From Podarcis gaigeae (Eukaryota): a stretch of 64,000 nucleotides of DNA. Below are positions 50,690 to 62,250 of the stretch, piece by piece; within the stretch, counting starts at the first letter, position 1; each line of letters opens with the position of its first letter. Location: the NCBI GenBank assembly GCA_964106915.2, contig OZ066923.1. One strand, written 5' to 3'. Under the pieces are notes generated by a model. That model searched no databases and was not told where the DNA came from. It saw nothing but the letters and a program-made list of their open reading frames with translations. Both the position numbers and the translations under genes were made by a program.

Positions 50690-51150
50690 GTATGTTGAGA
50701 GAAGTTCTGTTGGCAGGCTCTTTGGATGTGGATTTGTTTGTGTATGTGGTAGACCTGGATGAATGATAAAAAGGGAGCAAAATTATTAATTCAAGCCAGT
50801 TACTGGCACTACTGATTATCTAGTGAGGACCATCTTTCAGGCAAGCGTACTTAGTACTTATCCTTAAGTTCTCTGTGCACTGCCTTCCATTTTACTCACA
50901 TTCTCATTGGTTGGCAAGTAGTTCTACAGGAGTGCCACTGAGTGGGAGAAGGAGGAGGATGGGCCAAAGCTCCATCCATTCTCCGATGTGAACTGCCTGC
51001 AAGTCACACCACTCCCTCCACATCCTTTTCTCCTTTGTGTTCCAAACTGAGGGAGCAGGAGCTGATGGAGACTAGATCTGCCCCTGGGACTTTCAGTTGT
51101 TGATACCAAACATAGTTTATTCAGATACTGACAATTCTTTTTTTCAACAG

Positions 51151-51618
51151 GCACAAATGACCAGCTCTTCCTGTCCTGTGACTTCTCCAGTAGTGGCGCC
51201 AGGTTCTCAAGGGAGTCATATTCATTGCCCTCCTATTCCACAGTCTACTTTACATCGAAACTCTCCTTCTCCAGTACCAAGTCGTACTCCCACACCTCAC
51301 CATACACCCCCAGGACTGGTATCCCAGCAGCAGCAGCAGCAGCAGCAACCAGCACCACCACAGGCAACAATTGCGTCTGCTCCTGCCACTGTTCCTCAAG
51401 CGATGCCACCTGGACCACCGTCACAAACTATGCACCCCCCACAGAGGCAGACCCCAACACCTCCCCAGGCTCAGCTGACTCCGCAAGTGCAGCCTCCAGT
51501 TTCTGTTACCCCTTCTGCAGAGCAGCAGCTGCCACAGCAACCTCTTTCGCAACAGAGCACGACTGCATCTGTGCCCACCCCTACAGCAGCACTGCAGCCT
51601 CAGCATCCTACAACACCC
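51151..51618 (+). CDS. EP300: p300 exon 14 (P/Q-rich)
   Basis: AQMTSSSCPVTSP...SPSPVPSRTPTPHHTPP...QHPTTP, 468 nt, CAACAG/GTAAGG. Confidence 0.95.
51325..51348 (+). repeat. EP300: coding (CAG)7CAA polyQ in exon 14
   Basis: Q8 tract. Confidence 0.9.
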
Positions 51619-52095
51619 GTAAGGAAGTTTAAATTTTCTAGGGCTATTGAGAGTGAAAGTCCAACCTTGGGCAAAATCTTTTTAGGTTGTTATATACAGT
51701 ATCAAAGGCTAAATGGTTTCTGCTGTCTCAATAGCATGCATTGCATGAAGGTATAGAACAGTATGCTGGACTTTGGAATGCATGCTGTCTTTTGTATAGC
51801 AGAGTTTCAAAGAATTAATTCACTACAGATATCTGATAAAAATATGTGTGTGTGATTTCTGGGGAGGAAGGTGCAGAAAGTGGTATAGCTAGACATAATT
51901 CCATGGTAGGCTAGTATTAAGATACTGGGGTTTTTTTGTGTAGCACCTCTTCTTATTGAGATGCACGTGGCATAAGTTGCTTGAGATACCATCTAGCTTA
52001 GAAGCACAAAATAAAGCAAAGAATACAATTGCTGCAAAACTGTGTAACACTACTTGACATGTAGCTTTACTAGTTTTGTTGCTTTCATTCTGTAG

Positions 52096-52287
52096 CTTTC
52101 ACATTCAGGTGCGAACATTGATGGGCAAGTATCAAACCCACCATCCACCAACAGTGCAGATGTGAACTCTCAACAGGCAGCTCCTGAACAGCAGCAGCAG
52201 CAGCCTTTGCCTGAAATTAAAATGGAGATTAAAATGGAAGAGGAGGAGTCAGAACAAACAGATCTTCAAATGGAGGAGAAGCCAGAG
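52096..52287 (+). CDS. EP300: p300 exon 15
   Basis: LSHSGANIDGQVSNPPSTNS...IKMEIKMEE...EEKPE, 192 nt, CTGTAG/GTGAGA. Confidence 0.93.
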
Positions 52288-53004
52288 GTGAGAGTGTGGC
52301 ATTCACACTGGATATGCCTAGGAATTCATTCATTTGATCACATCTGGATCTTTTTCTTCCAAGAAGAACAGGAGGGATACGGGAAAGGGGGGCTGCAATA
52401 TATCCACTCAACCCTATGAAGTAGATTAGGCTGAAAAGAGAGTAAGTGGCTCAAAGTCGCCCTGTAAATGTCATGGATTTTAGCCCAGGTCTACCCAAAT
52501 TGGTACTTTATCTACTATACCAGTCTGACTTGCTGATTAAGAAAGTCAATGCACTAATTTTTAAAACATTTCAGTTTTGTTTTTTTGATCCAGATCTGTC
52601 TCTGTAGTCTCTGATGCATGATACAAGCGGGGTTAGATGTTTTCTCTCAAGTGATGACCAAGCAGTTTAATTAGTAGCACTTGTGTGGGGAACAGTTTCT
52701 GGCCAGCTGGTCAGATTCTGAACCACCCCCATCCTGTGGTGCATTTTAACAGGTGGGTGGGGTCACCTGATGTCTCATTGACACACACTCTTTTTGGTGC
52801 AAAAACTCATTGTGACATCAGAAGACCCAGACTAAAAAAATTGTTTTATGGTTATAGCGCAAGCCACACCTGCAGAGAACAATAATTTATCTGTGGCTTC
52901 TTTTCATGCTGGTGGTGAAATATTTGGCTTTCTGGAAGTGCTGATCCCAGTGGCCTTGCTGTAAATTCATCTGCACTATTAATTTGACAGCACTTGTGTG
53001 TGTT

Positions 53005-53285
53005 GTGAAGCACTCTCGGGATACTTTCCCTGCATGTTCCGCCTGGCCTTTGGTTTGGACTCGGTCTGACCCTTATGTTTCCCTCTCCTTATGGTCTTCA
53101 TTTATCAGCTATTTTAAAATGAGGCTGCATTTAAAATTTTATTTTAACCTGTATTTTAAATTGGTTCCCCCCCCTCCCTTTTTCCCCTATTATGTTTTTG
53201 CTGTGGTTTTATTGGTGTTAGCCGCCCTGAGCCCGGCTCTGGCCGGAGAGGGCAGAGTATAAATAATTTATTATTATTATTATTA
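53005..53285 (+). mobile_element. L2-like LINE 3' end with (TTA)n tail
   Basis: GTTAGCCGCCCTGAGCCC...GAGGGCAGAGTATAAAT followed by (TTA)n. Confidence 0.65.
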
Positions 53286-53383
53286 GTGGGGAAGTGTGTG
53301 TGTCTGTTTCTCTCTCTCTCTGCGGCCCCTTCGGCGCTTCTCTCCCGGGCATCGGAGAACAAGAGAAAAGCAGAGAGGAAACA

Positions 53384-53424
<41 letters not shown>

Positions 53425-54136
53425 CTCAGCGTGGGACTCAGGAAAACCCGGAGCTGGCTGACCGACCCATTCACCAGGGAAGCTGGAGTCACTCTGTTGG
53501 GTTGGGCTTTGGGTGGGCAGGAAGGAGAACTGAGGCTCATTGGCTTCGCAGCATGCAGGCAGCAAGGTCTCCTGTTGTGAGGTGTCTTCAAGGAGCAGCT
53601 TGCCTCCACCCCTTCACTTCTTCCAGCCCCGCTTCATGACATTCACTCCTCCTGCGCCTCGCCCGCCCTCTCACTGGCTCTCCCTCTTCCCCACCCGGTC
53701 CCCGCTCTCCAGCACAGGCGAAAGAGCAACCTCCTTCTGAGTTCAAAAAAAGGAGGGAAAGGCAACGAAATCAGGCTTTTATGCAAAAGCCAGGCAGAAG
53801 CATCCCGATGTGGCACATTGCAAAGCTGCCCCCTCTCCCGTGTGTGTGTTTTGCTTCGCGCAAGCGTGGCCCAGCGTAGCTCTCTTTTCCCTGGCGTCGG
53901 AGGGCAGGCTCCTCCACCCCCACCCTGCTCTGCATCATGGATCTTGAAAACAGCAGCACAGCCCGAGCCTGCTGTTTGTCCTCAAGGGTAAGAGACAGAC
54001 CCTTCTGTTTATCGATGGCTAGCTGAGCTGTGCTCCCCGCCAAAATAAAAAATAAAAATCCAAACCTGCTTCGGATCCAAACCCACACCATCACAACCCA
54101 CTCTGGTACACGTGTGTCATAGGTTCACCACCACTG
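53286..54136. mobile_element. GC-rich terminal part of an hAT-like DNA transposon
   Basis: CpG-rich block ending in GTGTCATAGGTTCACCACCACTG (hAT-type TIR). The matching TIR and TSD were not found. Confidence 0.55.
53385..53422. repeat. (AC)n microsatellite
   Basis: About 19 units. Confidence 0.95.
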
Positions 54137-54255
54137 CAATAGAGGGAGTACATACAGTGTCACTTTCTTCATTCTTATTCTTGAAGGTGTGGTAATTTAT
54201 TATTATTTATTTTATTTTTGCTTTTTTGCTCATAAATGTCTTCTTGCTTTTCCAG

Positions 54256-54412
54256 GTTAAGGTAGAATCCATGTCTGAGGAATGCAAATCTGAATCAACA
54301 GAGCAAGAAGAGAAAAAACCAGAAGTGAAGCAAGAAGTGAAGGAAGAGGAGGAAAGACCTAGTACTCCAGGTACTCAGTCTTCACCAGCTTCAGGACAGT
54401 CAAAGAGGAAAA
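54256..54412 (+). CDS. EP300: p300 exon 16 (CRD1-like region with VKQE/VKEE SUMO consensus motifs)
   Basis: VKVESMSEECKSE...EVKQEVKEEEERPSTPGTQSSPASGQSKRK, 157 nt, TTCCAG/GTAAGT. Confidence 0.94.
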
Positions 54413-54809
54413 GTAAGTTTATTGTTTCTTTTCAGCTGCATAGAGAACCTGTGTAGTTTTCTTAAGTTTGAGACTTGAACTTCGGTACTTGAACTTGAAT
54501 TTCGGTAATAGGACATCCATAGAAGGATGTGCCTTATCTAACGAAACACTGGTTAGGAGGCAGGCGTATGAAATTTAACTATTAGCCAAACTTTACATTT
54601 ACTGTGCACATTAGCTCTTGAGTAAAATATTTTTCATTCCTACTGTTGTTCCGTATCAGATTCCTGTTTTGACTATTGTAAATTAGTCAGTGCCTAACAC
54701 TTCACCATTGGATAATGAGTGGGGAAACTGGAAATGAAGCATTGTCTTGATGTTAATCAGATTTCTAATTCTCTTGGTTAATTTTATGTTATGTGTCTCC
54801 TTTCACAAG

Positions 54810-54928
54810 TTTTCAAGCCAGAAGAGTTGAGGCAGGCACTTATGCCAACATTGGAGGCACTTTACCGTCAGGACCCAGAGTCCCTTCCCTTCCGACAGCC
54901 TGTGGATCCCCAACTACTAGGAATTCCT
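54810..54928 (+). CDS. EP300: p300 exon 17 (bromodomain)
   Basis: FKPEELRQALMPTLEALYRQDPESLPFRQPVDPQLLGIP, 119 nt, CACAAG/GTAAGT. Confidence 0.97.
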
Positions 54929-55226
54929 GTAAGTGTATTGAAAAGAAACATTTCTCTCAATGCATAACTACTTTTCCGGGGCTTTGGTGTGTAACAACAA
55001 AATCCTGTAGCTCCATCTTTTTCCTTTTTCTTTTTTTCAGATTAGTCCCCTGCAGAGCAAAGTTGTCTTCTGTATTGGGCATTTTTAAATTTGTCTGACC
55101 AAAAGCAAATGTCTTACCCATTACTTTCTGAGATGGGGTTTCAGGCTTTTGTAGATGAGATAAGCAAAGACATTCCAGGTCTGCATCCAAGGGTTCAGAA
55201 TTCTTATTTATTTATTTATTTTTCAG

Positions 55227-55466
55227 GATTACTTTGATATAGTAAAGAACCCCATGGATCTTTCTACAATCAAGAGGAAGCTTGACACAGGACAGTACCA
55301 GGAGCCCTGGCAGTATGTCGATGATATTTGGCTCATGTTCAACAATGCCTGGCTTTACAACCGCAAAACATCTAGAGTATATAAGTACTGTTCCAAGCTG
55401 GCAGAGGTGTTTGAGCAGGAAATTGATCCAGTTATGCAGAGCCTTGGCTATTGTTGTGGACGAAAG
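55227..55466 (+). CDS. EP300: p300 exon 18 (bromodomain)
   Basis: DYFDIVKNPMDLSTIKRKLDTGQYQEPWQYVDDIWLMFNNAWLYNRK...CCGRK, 240 nt. Confidence 0.98.
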
Positions 55467-56234
55467 GTAAGGAGAGTCATCTTAAGCTGAATTTCAGGAA
55501 ATTACCCAAACACTTCAATGTCTAATTTTAAGGATCCCTTAAGTCTGTTTTGAATGCTAATATAGAAATCAAGTATGGTGAACTATTTTAGGATTGTCTT
55601 AAATTGTGTTCCGTACTTACTCCAGAGTCTTAATGTGCATCATTAAATACAACATTCAATTGTTTTCCTACTGCATGTAAGCAATAAAGCAGATGGTCCT
55701 CCAAGGCTAAGAAGTTTATTGTCCCTGGTCTACCCCTACATGTAGTTGTGTACAAAATATTTTGATGGCAAGGTTTTCTTTGGGGTAAACAGCTTTCCAA
55801 ATGGATAAAACTACTGCCTAATAAATGTTATGTTGTACAGGAATCATCATTAGCACCACAACATTTGTAGGTTGTGCTCTGATTCTAGGAGCTTGGGGAG
55901 GGGCGGACAGTGTTGATATTGAACTTCCACTACTTCATGAATACTTATTCATGAATAATACTTCATGAATACTTATAAACAAAAACCTGAGGTTTCTGTG
56001 CAATCCCAAGTATGGGCTTTCTGCCTCTTCAGGACAGTGTCTGGAACCTTCTAGAGCTTATCCATTAGGAAAATTTGGAGCCCAGCCTGCCCTCTGGAAA
56101 TAGTGTACATTTGGTGGGATCTGCGCATTCACTGCTTTTGGATTACCAATGTAGTAGCAGCTTTTAAAACTTTGCTTTAAAGTGTCTTATTTCTTGGATA
56201 CCTGTAAGCAACCTGCGTTCCCCTCTCTTTTCAG

Positions 56235-56323
56235 TTGGAGTTTTCACCACAGACTTTATGTTGCTATGGCAAACAGTTATGCACAATCCCACGAGATGCT
56301 ACATATTACAGTTACCAAAACAG
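56235..56323 (+). CDS. EP300: p300 exon 19 (RING start)
   Basis: LEFSPQTLCCYGKQLCTIPRDATYYSYQN, 89 nt, TTTCAG/GTAAGA. Confidence 0.97.
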
Positions 56324-58802
56324 GTAAGAAAATGCTTGGGTACAGCATTGCACCTGCTGTGAAAAATTATATTAGATATAGGCTGGCATGCACTTATATT
56401 TGTAGCATTCTCAGCAGATTACTTCCCTTGCAAGCCAAGTGCCTTGTTGCATCAATTGACTTTTACTTCCTGTTTCAGAAATTAGGTTGTTAATATAAAC
56501 TCTCCATATGCTTTAGATAAGTTCAAAGCTTTTGCAGTAAAACCATCATTTTTTCCTCTGTATGAAACAGTGCACAGAAAAGCATGCATGTTTGCATCTT
56601 GAGTTCACTGCATTTAACATTCAGTCTTGTCCTAAGGGAGACATATTTCCTGTTTTAGATCAGTTATTTCAACCAAAGCTGTAGTTGTAAAGCTGTGTTT
56701 TGTTTGAGCCGCGTGAAAAGCAGGGTGCCTGCAAGGTCAGAGAGGGGCTGACTTCACTCTGCCTCTTACAGTCTCTCACGCTCAGCTAGAATTTCTATGG
56801 TAGCAGCACTCCTGTTTGTGTGCTTGGGATCTCTTAACTATTGAGGCATAACTGTCAAGTGTTCCTGAGTATGTACTCTTGTTTAAGAAGCTAAATCTTG
56901 CACTGCATCAGACCAAGATGTACCTGGTCCAGCATCTTTTATGGGAATTTCAGTAAACCAGCAACTTCTCTGTACTCCATTGGATCTGCAGCCTTCAGTT
57001 TGTTCTCGATAGCTCTTTTCTGAAGTGGAAATTAACTGAGGAGTGAACTCTGGAGTTGTTTGATTAAATAAGCATCACCGTGCATCTTAATTTTACCACC
57101 TGCATAATGATGGCAATCTTTCTGAAGACTTGCTTTCTGTGATAGCACGGCTCTATGTTCTGCTTTGGGGTCGGAAAACATCTGATAGGAAAAGCTGTGT
57201 TTGGAGCTCTTTTAAGGGAGAAAGCAAAACTGAGAACACAACTTTTTCACGTTTTTTGTCAGGAGTATTGCTGCAAATCATGCTTTGGGTGGGTTGCTGA
57301 AGTAGATAACTAGTTCTTTAACAAATCTAAAGCTAAGCTTTCATTTATTTCTATAACTTTACAGCTTCATGCCATAAGTCATTTTTATCACAAATGCCCA
57401 CTTGAAATCATCATATGTATACATATGAGCTGGGATCCAAAGAACTGCTGTAGGTGTGTACATGGGCTAGGACATTGCTACTGGATTTTTTTACCTTTAA
57501 TCAGCAGACTGTCATGCCATATCACAGCTTTTGAAATTAAGAGGAGTTTCAAAATCAATGTGGAATGGAAGGTTGCTGTCCAAAACATGCAAGGCAAAGC
57601 CCCCCCCCCCCCCAGCAGATAACACTAAGTGGTTCTTTGGACACTGGTCTTTTGAATGTCCAAATCAATGTTTGTCATTGTATCAGTGTAATAAATAAAC
57701 TAACCTGTTATAGATAGGAAACATAGGTGGTGAAGAAGTGATCCGTTCCTTAGCAATTACATTTCCTCTAGTGTTGGTTTTGCTTTGCTTTATAATACTG
57801 TCACAGTTTTGTTTTTTGTTTTTGTTTCTTTTTGTTGTATGTTTGCACTCAAATTAACTTGCTTAGCAATGGAAAGGCTGCAGTTTCTGTGCACTCTTGA
57901 GGGTAAAAAAACATCTTGAGTAAAGCATTCAACATTAATTTAGATGAAGATGGAATCCTTTTAATATGTCAATTATACATCAATTTGGAGGCATGGGACA
58001 TCAGTACGTCACATATTAAGAACATACATATGCATATCTGATTGTCAGATGCCTTAAAGCACCTGTCATTTTGGCAGATCATGAACAATTACATAGAAAT
58101 TGTTTTGGGGATGGTTACTGCTGCTTTAAACAGATGTTGCAAACAAAAAATGTTTTGAGGGGAAGGACTGGCCTGTCAACATTTGAGCATTCTCAAGATG
58201 GATTGTTTTCACCCCTTTCCAGCCCTCTCCTGGCAGATGTTCTTGTGAAAAGAGTTGCTACCCTGATGCAGATGTCAGAGCAGCAATTGCTCTTACCCTT
58301 TCTTCATTTTGATTCTCTGCTTTATTGTAGCATTGATTATTGAAATGAGGAGGGCATGGGCATACTAAAATGGAATACTCTTTTTATTTGCTATAATTTG
58401 CTGCTTGTGATCCCATTTGAGAGATTTAATGCTAATCTGTGCTTTGCCTTGGCTTTCTGCTTTGTGTTGTCCTGTCTTGCTTCTGTGTTTTTGTTTTCCG
58501 TCCTGCAAATCCCTATTTCTTTGTTCGTGTGTGTGTGTTGTTTTTTTATTTCTCCTTCATGCTTGTCGTTGTCTGCACTTGGCTTTGATTGCAAAAAAAC
58601 CAACCCAAACAAAAAAACAAAACCAAACACAAACTCTGGGTCCCATAAATCTTCATCATTGAATGTCCCTGTCGCCGTTGATGACCTGCTCTCTGCTCCC
58701 GCCCCCCTCCTTGGCCTGCTGTGATTGGTGGCTCCGTTGCTTGGCTTGGGCTGTGTTGTGTGGACGGAACAGTTCACCCAAATATGGCCTTCTTGCCGAC
58801 AG

Positions 58803-58883
58803 GTATCATTTCTGCGAGAAGTGCTTCAATGAAATCCAAGGAGAGAGCGTTTCTTTGGGGGACGACCCATCACAGCCTCAAAC
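58803..58883 (+). CDS. EP300: p300 exon 20 (RING); alternative upstream acceptor starts it at 58773
   Basis: YHFCEKCFNEIQGESVSLGDDPSQPQ, 81 nt (111 nt with the upstream AG at 58771-72), donor GTGAGT. Confidence 0.96.
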
Positions 58884-60994
58884 GTGAGTAGCTATCTCCT
58901 TTCTAATTATGTTTAAATTTCTTAACAACATTTATCATAGCATTAGTCAATCTCATACTCTAAATACTATTAAACAATTGACATCAAATTTATGGTAAAA
59001 TTCCTTATTTGATGCTGAGGCCTTGTGCAATTAATTATGGGAGGAACAGAGGACAGGAATATTATTTGAAAACTAGACAAACCTTATGTTTCAGAATGAG
59101 CTTTAGCTTTTAAAACACATATTTTGGTGAGAATATGAAAAACCACTTTTGAAAAGTAGAAGCATTCTTCCAGTTTATATGCTAGATTTAATAACGACCT
59201 AATGTTTAAGAATTCCAATCCCACCTGAGCCTGCAAAATTTTTTGTTGTTTCTGCTTGTAGAAAAGAGACTTCACAGCTTGCTTTAACTTTTAACTATTT
59301 TGTGCATGTGCATGCACACACATACACACAATGACTACCTTTAATCTGTTGAGCAGGAGATCCAGTAAGGAATTGTTCAGGCAGGTACCTAACTGAAAGT
59401 AGGCCTAAATTTGAAAACACGGGTGACAGATTTTCCTGCTCTAAATAGGGTTATGTTGGAGCAGAGTGTTTATAGGAATTGTTTGCTGGAGGTTGCAACC
59501 ATGTTCTGACACTTAGAATATTTATGTGTCTTTACATATTGGCCATATTTGAACGCCACATCCTCTTCTCCTTAGGCACAGCTGCAAGGATGAGATGAGA
59601 ACTGCATGTTGTCCAAACCCTAAACTGTGACTAACCGTAACTATGACTTGCAACAACTCAACTTCAAACCTTGTGTTATGAAGCATGCTTGTTTCAAACA
59701 ACCCATAGTTAATGCTAGCCACAGTTTAAGTTAAGTTCAGATGACATGGTGTTGCGGTTAATCTAACCCAGAAGTGGAACCATTGGAACTCTCAGGAGGG
59801 GGGAGTGCACAAGCTCAAGGCTTGTGTCTCACTCTTGTCATGCTGATGTGTGACTTGTCGTGAAATCTGGACTGGGTCAATGTGTAAGGCTCCCTTGCTT
59901 CTACTTCAATATTTGTAATGTTGTTCTGATAGTTCCATAATATGTGAAATAGATTACTTAATTGCAGTAAGTGGAGGTCCTTTGCCTGATGGATTCTGGT
60001 TATATGTGAAAATATATAAACAGGGAAGGTTTGGGAAGCAGGAAAGAGCCTAATGCCGAGGATTAAACAAGAAGCGCTTGGAAGGAGACTTAGCTAAAAA
60101 CGTAGTCTTCAGTCTTGTCCACCACTAATCTTACCTACAGGAGAAAATATGTAGTACATTTTTGGAGAAGTGCCCTAAAATGCTTTTAAATACATTTTTA
60201 ATGCTAAAATACACTGGATCTCAAGAGACATAATTTTTAGTCTGGTTGGATTCTGAGGCAGCAAATGTCTTCCAGAAAAGGGAAGTTTCCTACCCTTCAA
60301 AAGGTGAAAGGGAGCTAGCCAGGAAAAGCTTCTCTAGGCAACAATTTCATAACTGGAACATCACCACCAAGAACATCCTAGACGTCCAGATTTTTCCTCT
60401 AGTCCAAGAGCACTCTTTGAAATCTGAGAAACTGTTGTAGGCACTACAAAATATCCTTTCATATCCAGGCCAAGTTCAAGGCGTTACTATTGATATCTTA
60501 ATACAAAGCCCTCAACAACTTGGGATCCATTTACTTGTGAGATCACCTTACCTCATTATATGCACATTTGATCTTTGAACATTTTAAAATACCTATTGTA
60601 ACTTTTTTTGTTGACATTACATTAACTTATGTCTTGTAAACCACTTAGAGGTTTATTACAATTAAGCAGTACGGTATATAAACTTTGTTAAATAAACATC
60701 ACAGAAGGTTAACAGGTAATGCTTAGATACACACACACCAAAGCAGGCAGAATACCTCTCCCCCACAAAAAAAATAATACAAACAATTGCCACTCCCCTG
60801 TTCTTCCCCAAACTTGACATTTATTCATTTTGTATACTGCCCTTCATCCACAGATCTCAGGGCAGTTAGTTCACAACATTAAATTACAATATAAAAACCA
60901 CAAAATACATAGTAAAAAAGAACAACATCAACAACTTATAATGAAGGGATTTGAGAAGTGGGGTCCCTAAGAATTTGGGTTAGTACTGGTGCTT

Positions 60995-61160
60995 TTTAAC
61001 TTGTTCATAAATCACCTGAAATTAAGCACGAGGAGTGTATCAGCCAGTTTTACTGATGATACTGAATTGTTAAGGTGGTAAAACCAAAAGAGTATTGTGA
61101 GGAGCTCCAAAAGAATCCAAACTGGATGAATGGGCATTAAAATAGCAAATGCTGTTCCCA
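60995..61160 (+). mobile_element. degenerate CR1 LINE RT fragment
   Basis: Broken translation resembles FINDL...FADDTKL...LQKDL..L.EWA..WQM (seen as FINHL..FTDDTEL..ELQK..DEWALK*QM). Confidence 0.7.
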
Positions 61161-61559
61161 AAATTTCAGTTCCATGTGGGGTACCTATGATATTCCTTCA
61201 TGTTATGAGGGCCCAGATCAGGTAAAGCCTTAAAAGCTGAAACCAGAAATTTGAGTTTGTGGTTGGAAGCAAACCAGTAATCGATCCTATTAAGTGTAGC
61301 ATAATTCTTATGGCCAGCAAAAGTCTGCTACATTCTGGATCAACTTCTGAAAAAAATTCTAAAGCAGCTTTATAGACAGCACACTGCAGTAGTTCAGTGG
61401 TAGAAGTTACAAAAGCACGTGCTACAAAAGTTATTAACAATAATTTCCTAACCTAATTTAATTAGTTTGATATTGTTCTAAAAGGGTGCTTTTCAACAAA
61501 GCCTCTTTGGAACAGCTTACCATAGTAGAAAAGAATGAAATAGCTAGCAACATTGCGAT

Positions 61560-61696
61560 AAACAAAATCATGTATCTGATAAGGTAAGCTCTAGTCCGTG
61601 AAAGCACATGCCATAATAAAATGTGTTGGTCTTTAAGATGCCACAAGACCCTGTTAATTTTGCTGTAACAGACTAACATGGCTACTACCTGTCTGG
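61560..61696 (+). mobile_element. Penelope-like element terminal repeat remnant
   Basis: GAAAGC.CATGC..AATAAAA.GTGTTGGTCTTTAAG.TGCCACAAG...CAGACTAACATGGCTAC, typical of the recalled reptile Penelope end. Confidence 0.7.
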
Positions 61697-61859
61697 TAAC
61701 AATAAACCCAAATAAGCAGCAGGGGGGGGGGGGGAATATGACAGTCACTAAAATAATAGATCAGATTGCAGCAGCAATTTGATTAAAAGCCTTGGTAAAA
61801 AGGAAATTGAGCTGAATCAAGGTAGAAGTAACTGCCATATTTATGTCTAGAGAGACTAT

Positions 61860-62250
61860 TCAAATACAGAGCACCATCACTGAATAGATGCTCTCACTAA
61901 AAGAGTTGAGGGCACCTGGAAAAGGGTGTTGGAAGGTGGGCTGGTGCATATAAGAAAAGATGGTCCTTCTTAAGTATTCTAGTATCAAGCTGTTCAGGGC
62001 TTTAAAGGTATAAAAATGACATTTGCATTGAACTTTGAAATATTGGGTAACTTTGTAGAACTATTAATACTGCAGAGGTGCTGAAACTAGTGTGTCCTGC
62101 TTAACAGTTTATCGGTTGTGTTTGGAACCAGATGAAGTTTCTGAACCAATTTTAAAAGCAACCCCATACCATATACAACATATAACAGTAGTCAAACTCT
62201 GAAATTTCCACAGGGTAGAAAACTATGTCCAGGCTATCATAGTAAAAGCA
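61860..62250 (-). mobile_element. old degenerate L2 fragment (another at ~61200-61440)
   Basis: Diverged AGGGCTTTAAAGGT and CAGTAGTCAAACTCTGA blocks corresponding to the SRLDYCN region. Confidence 0.5.

Noticed and set aside
54808-54809. AAG acceptor of exon 17 as an anomaly
   Set aside because: It is a permitted though less common 3' splice site, and the exon length and frame are as expected.
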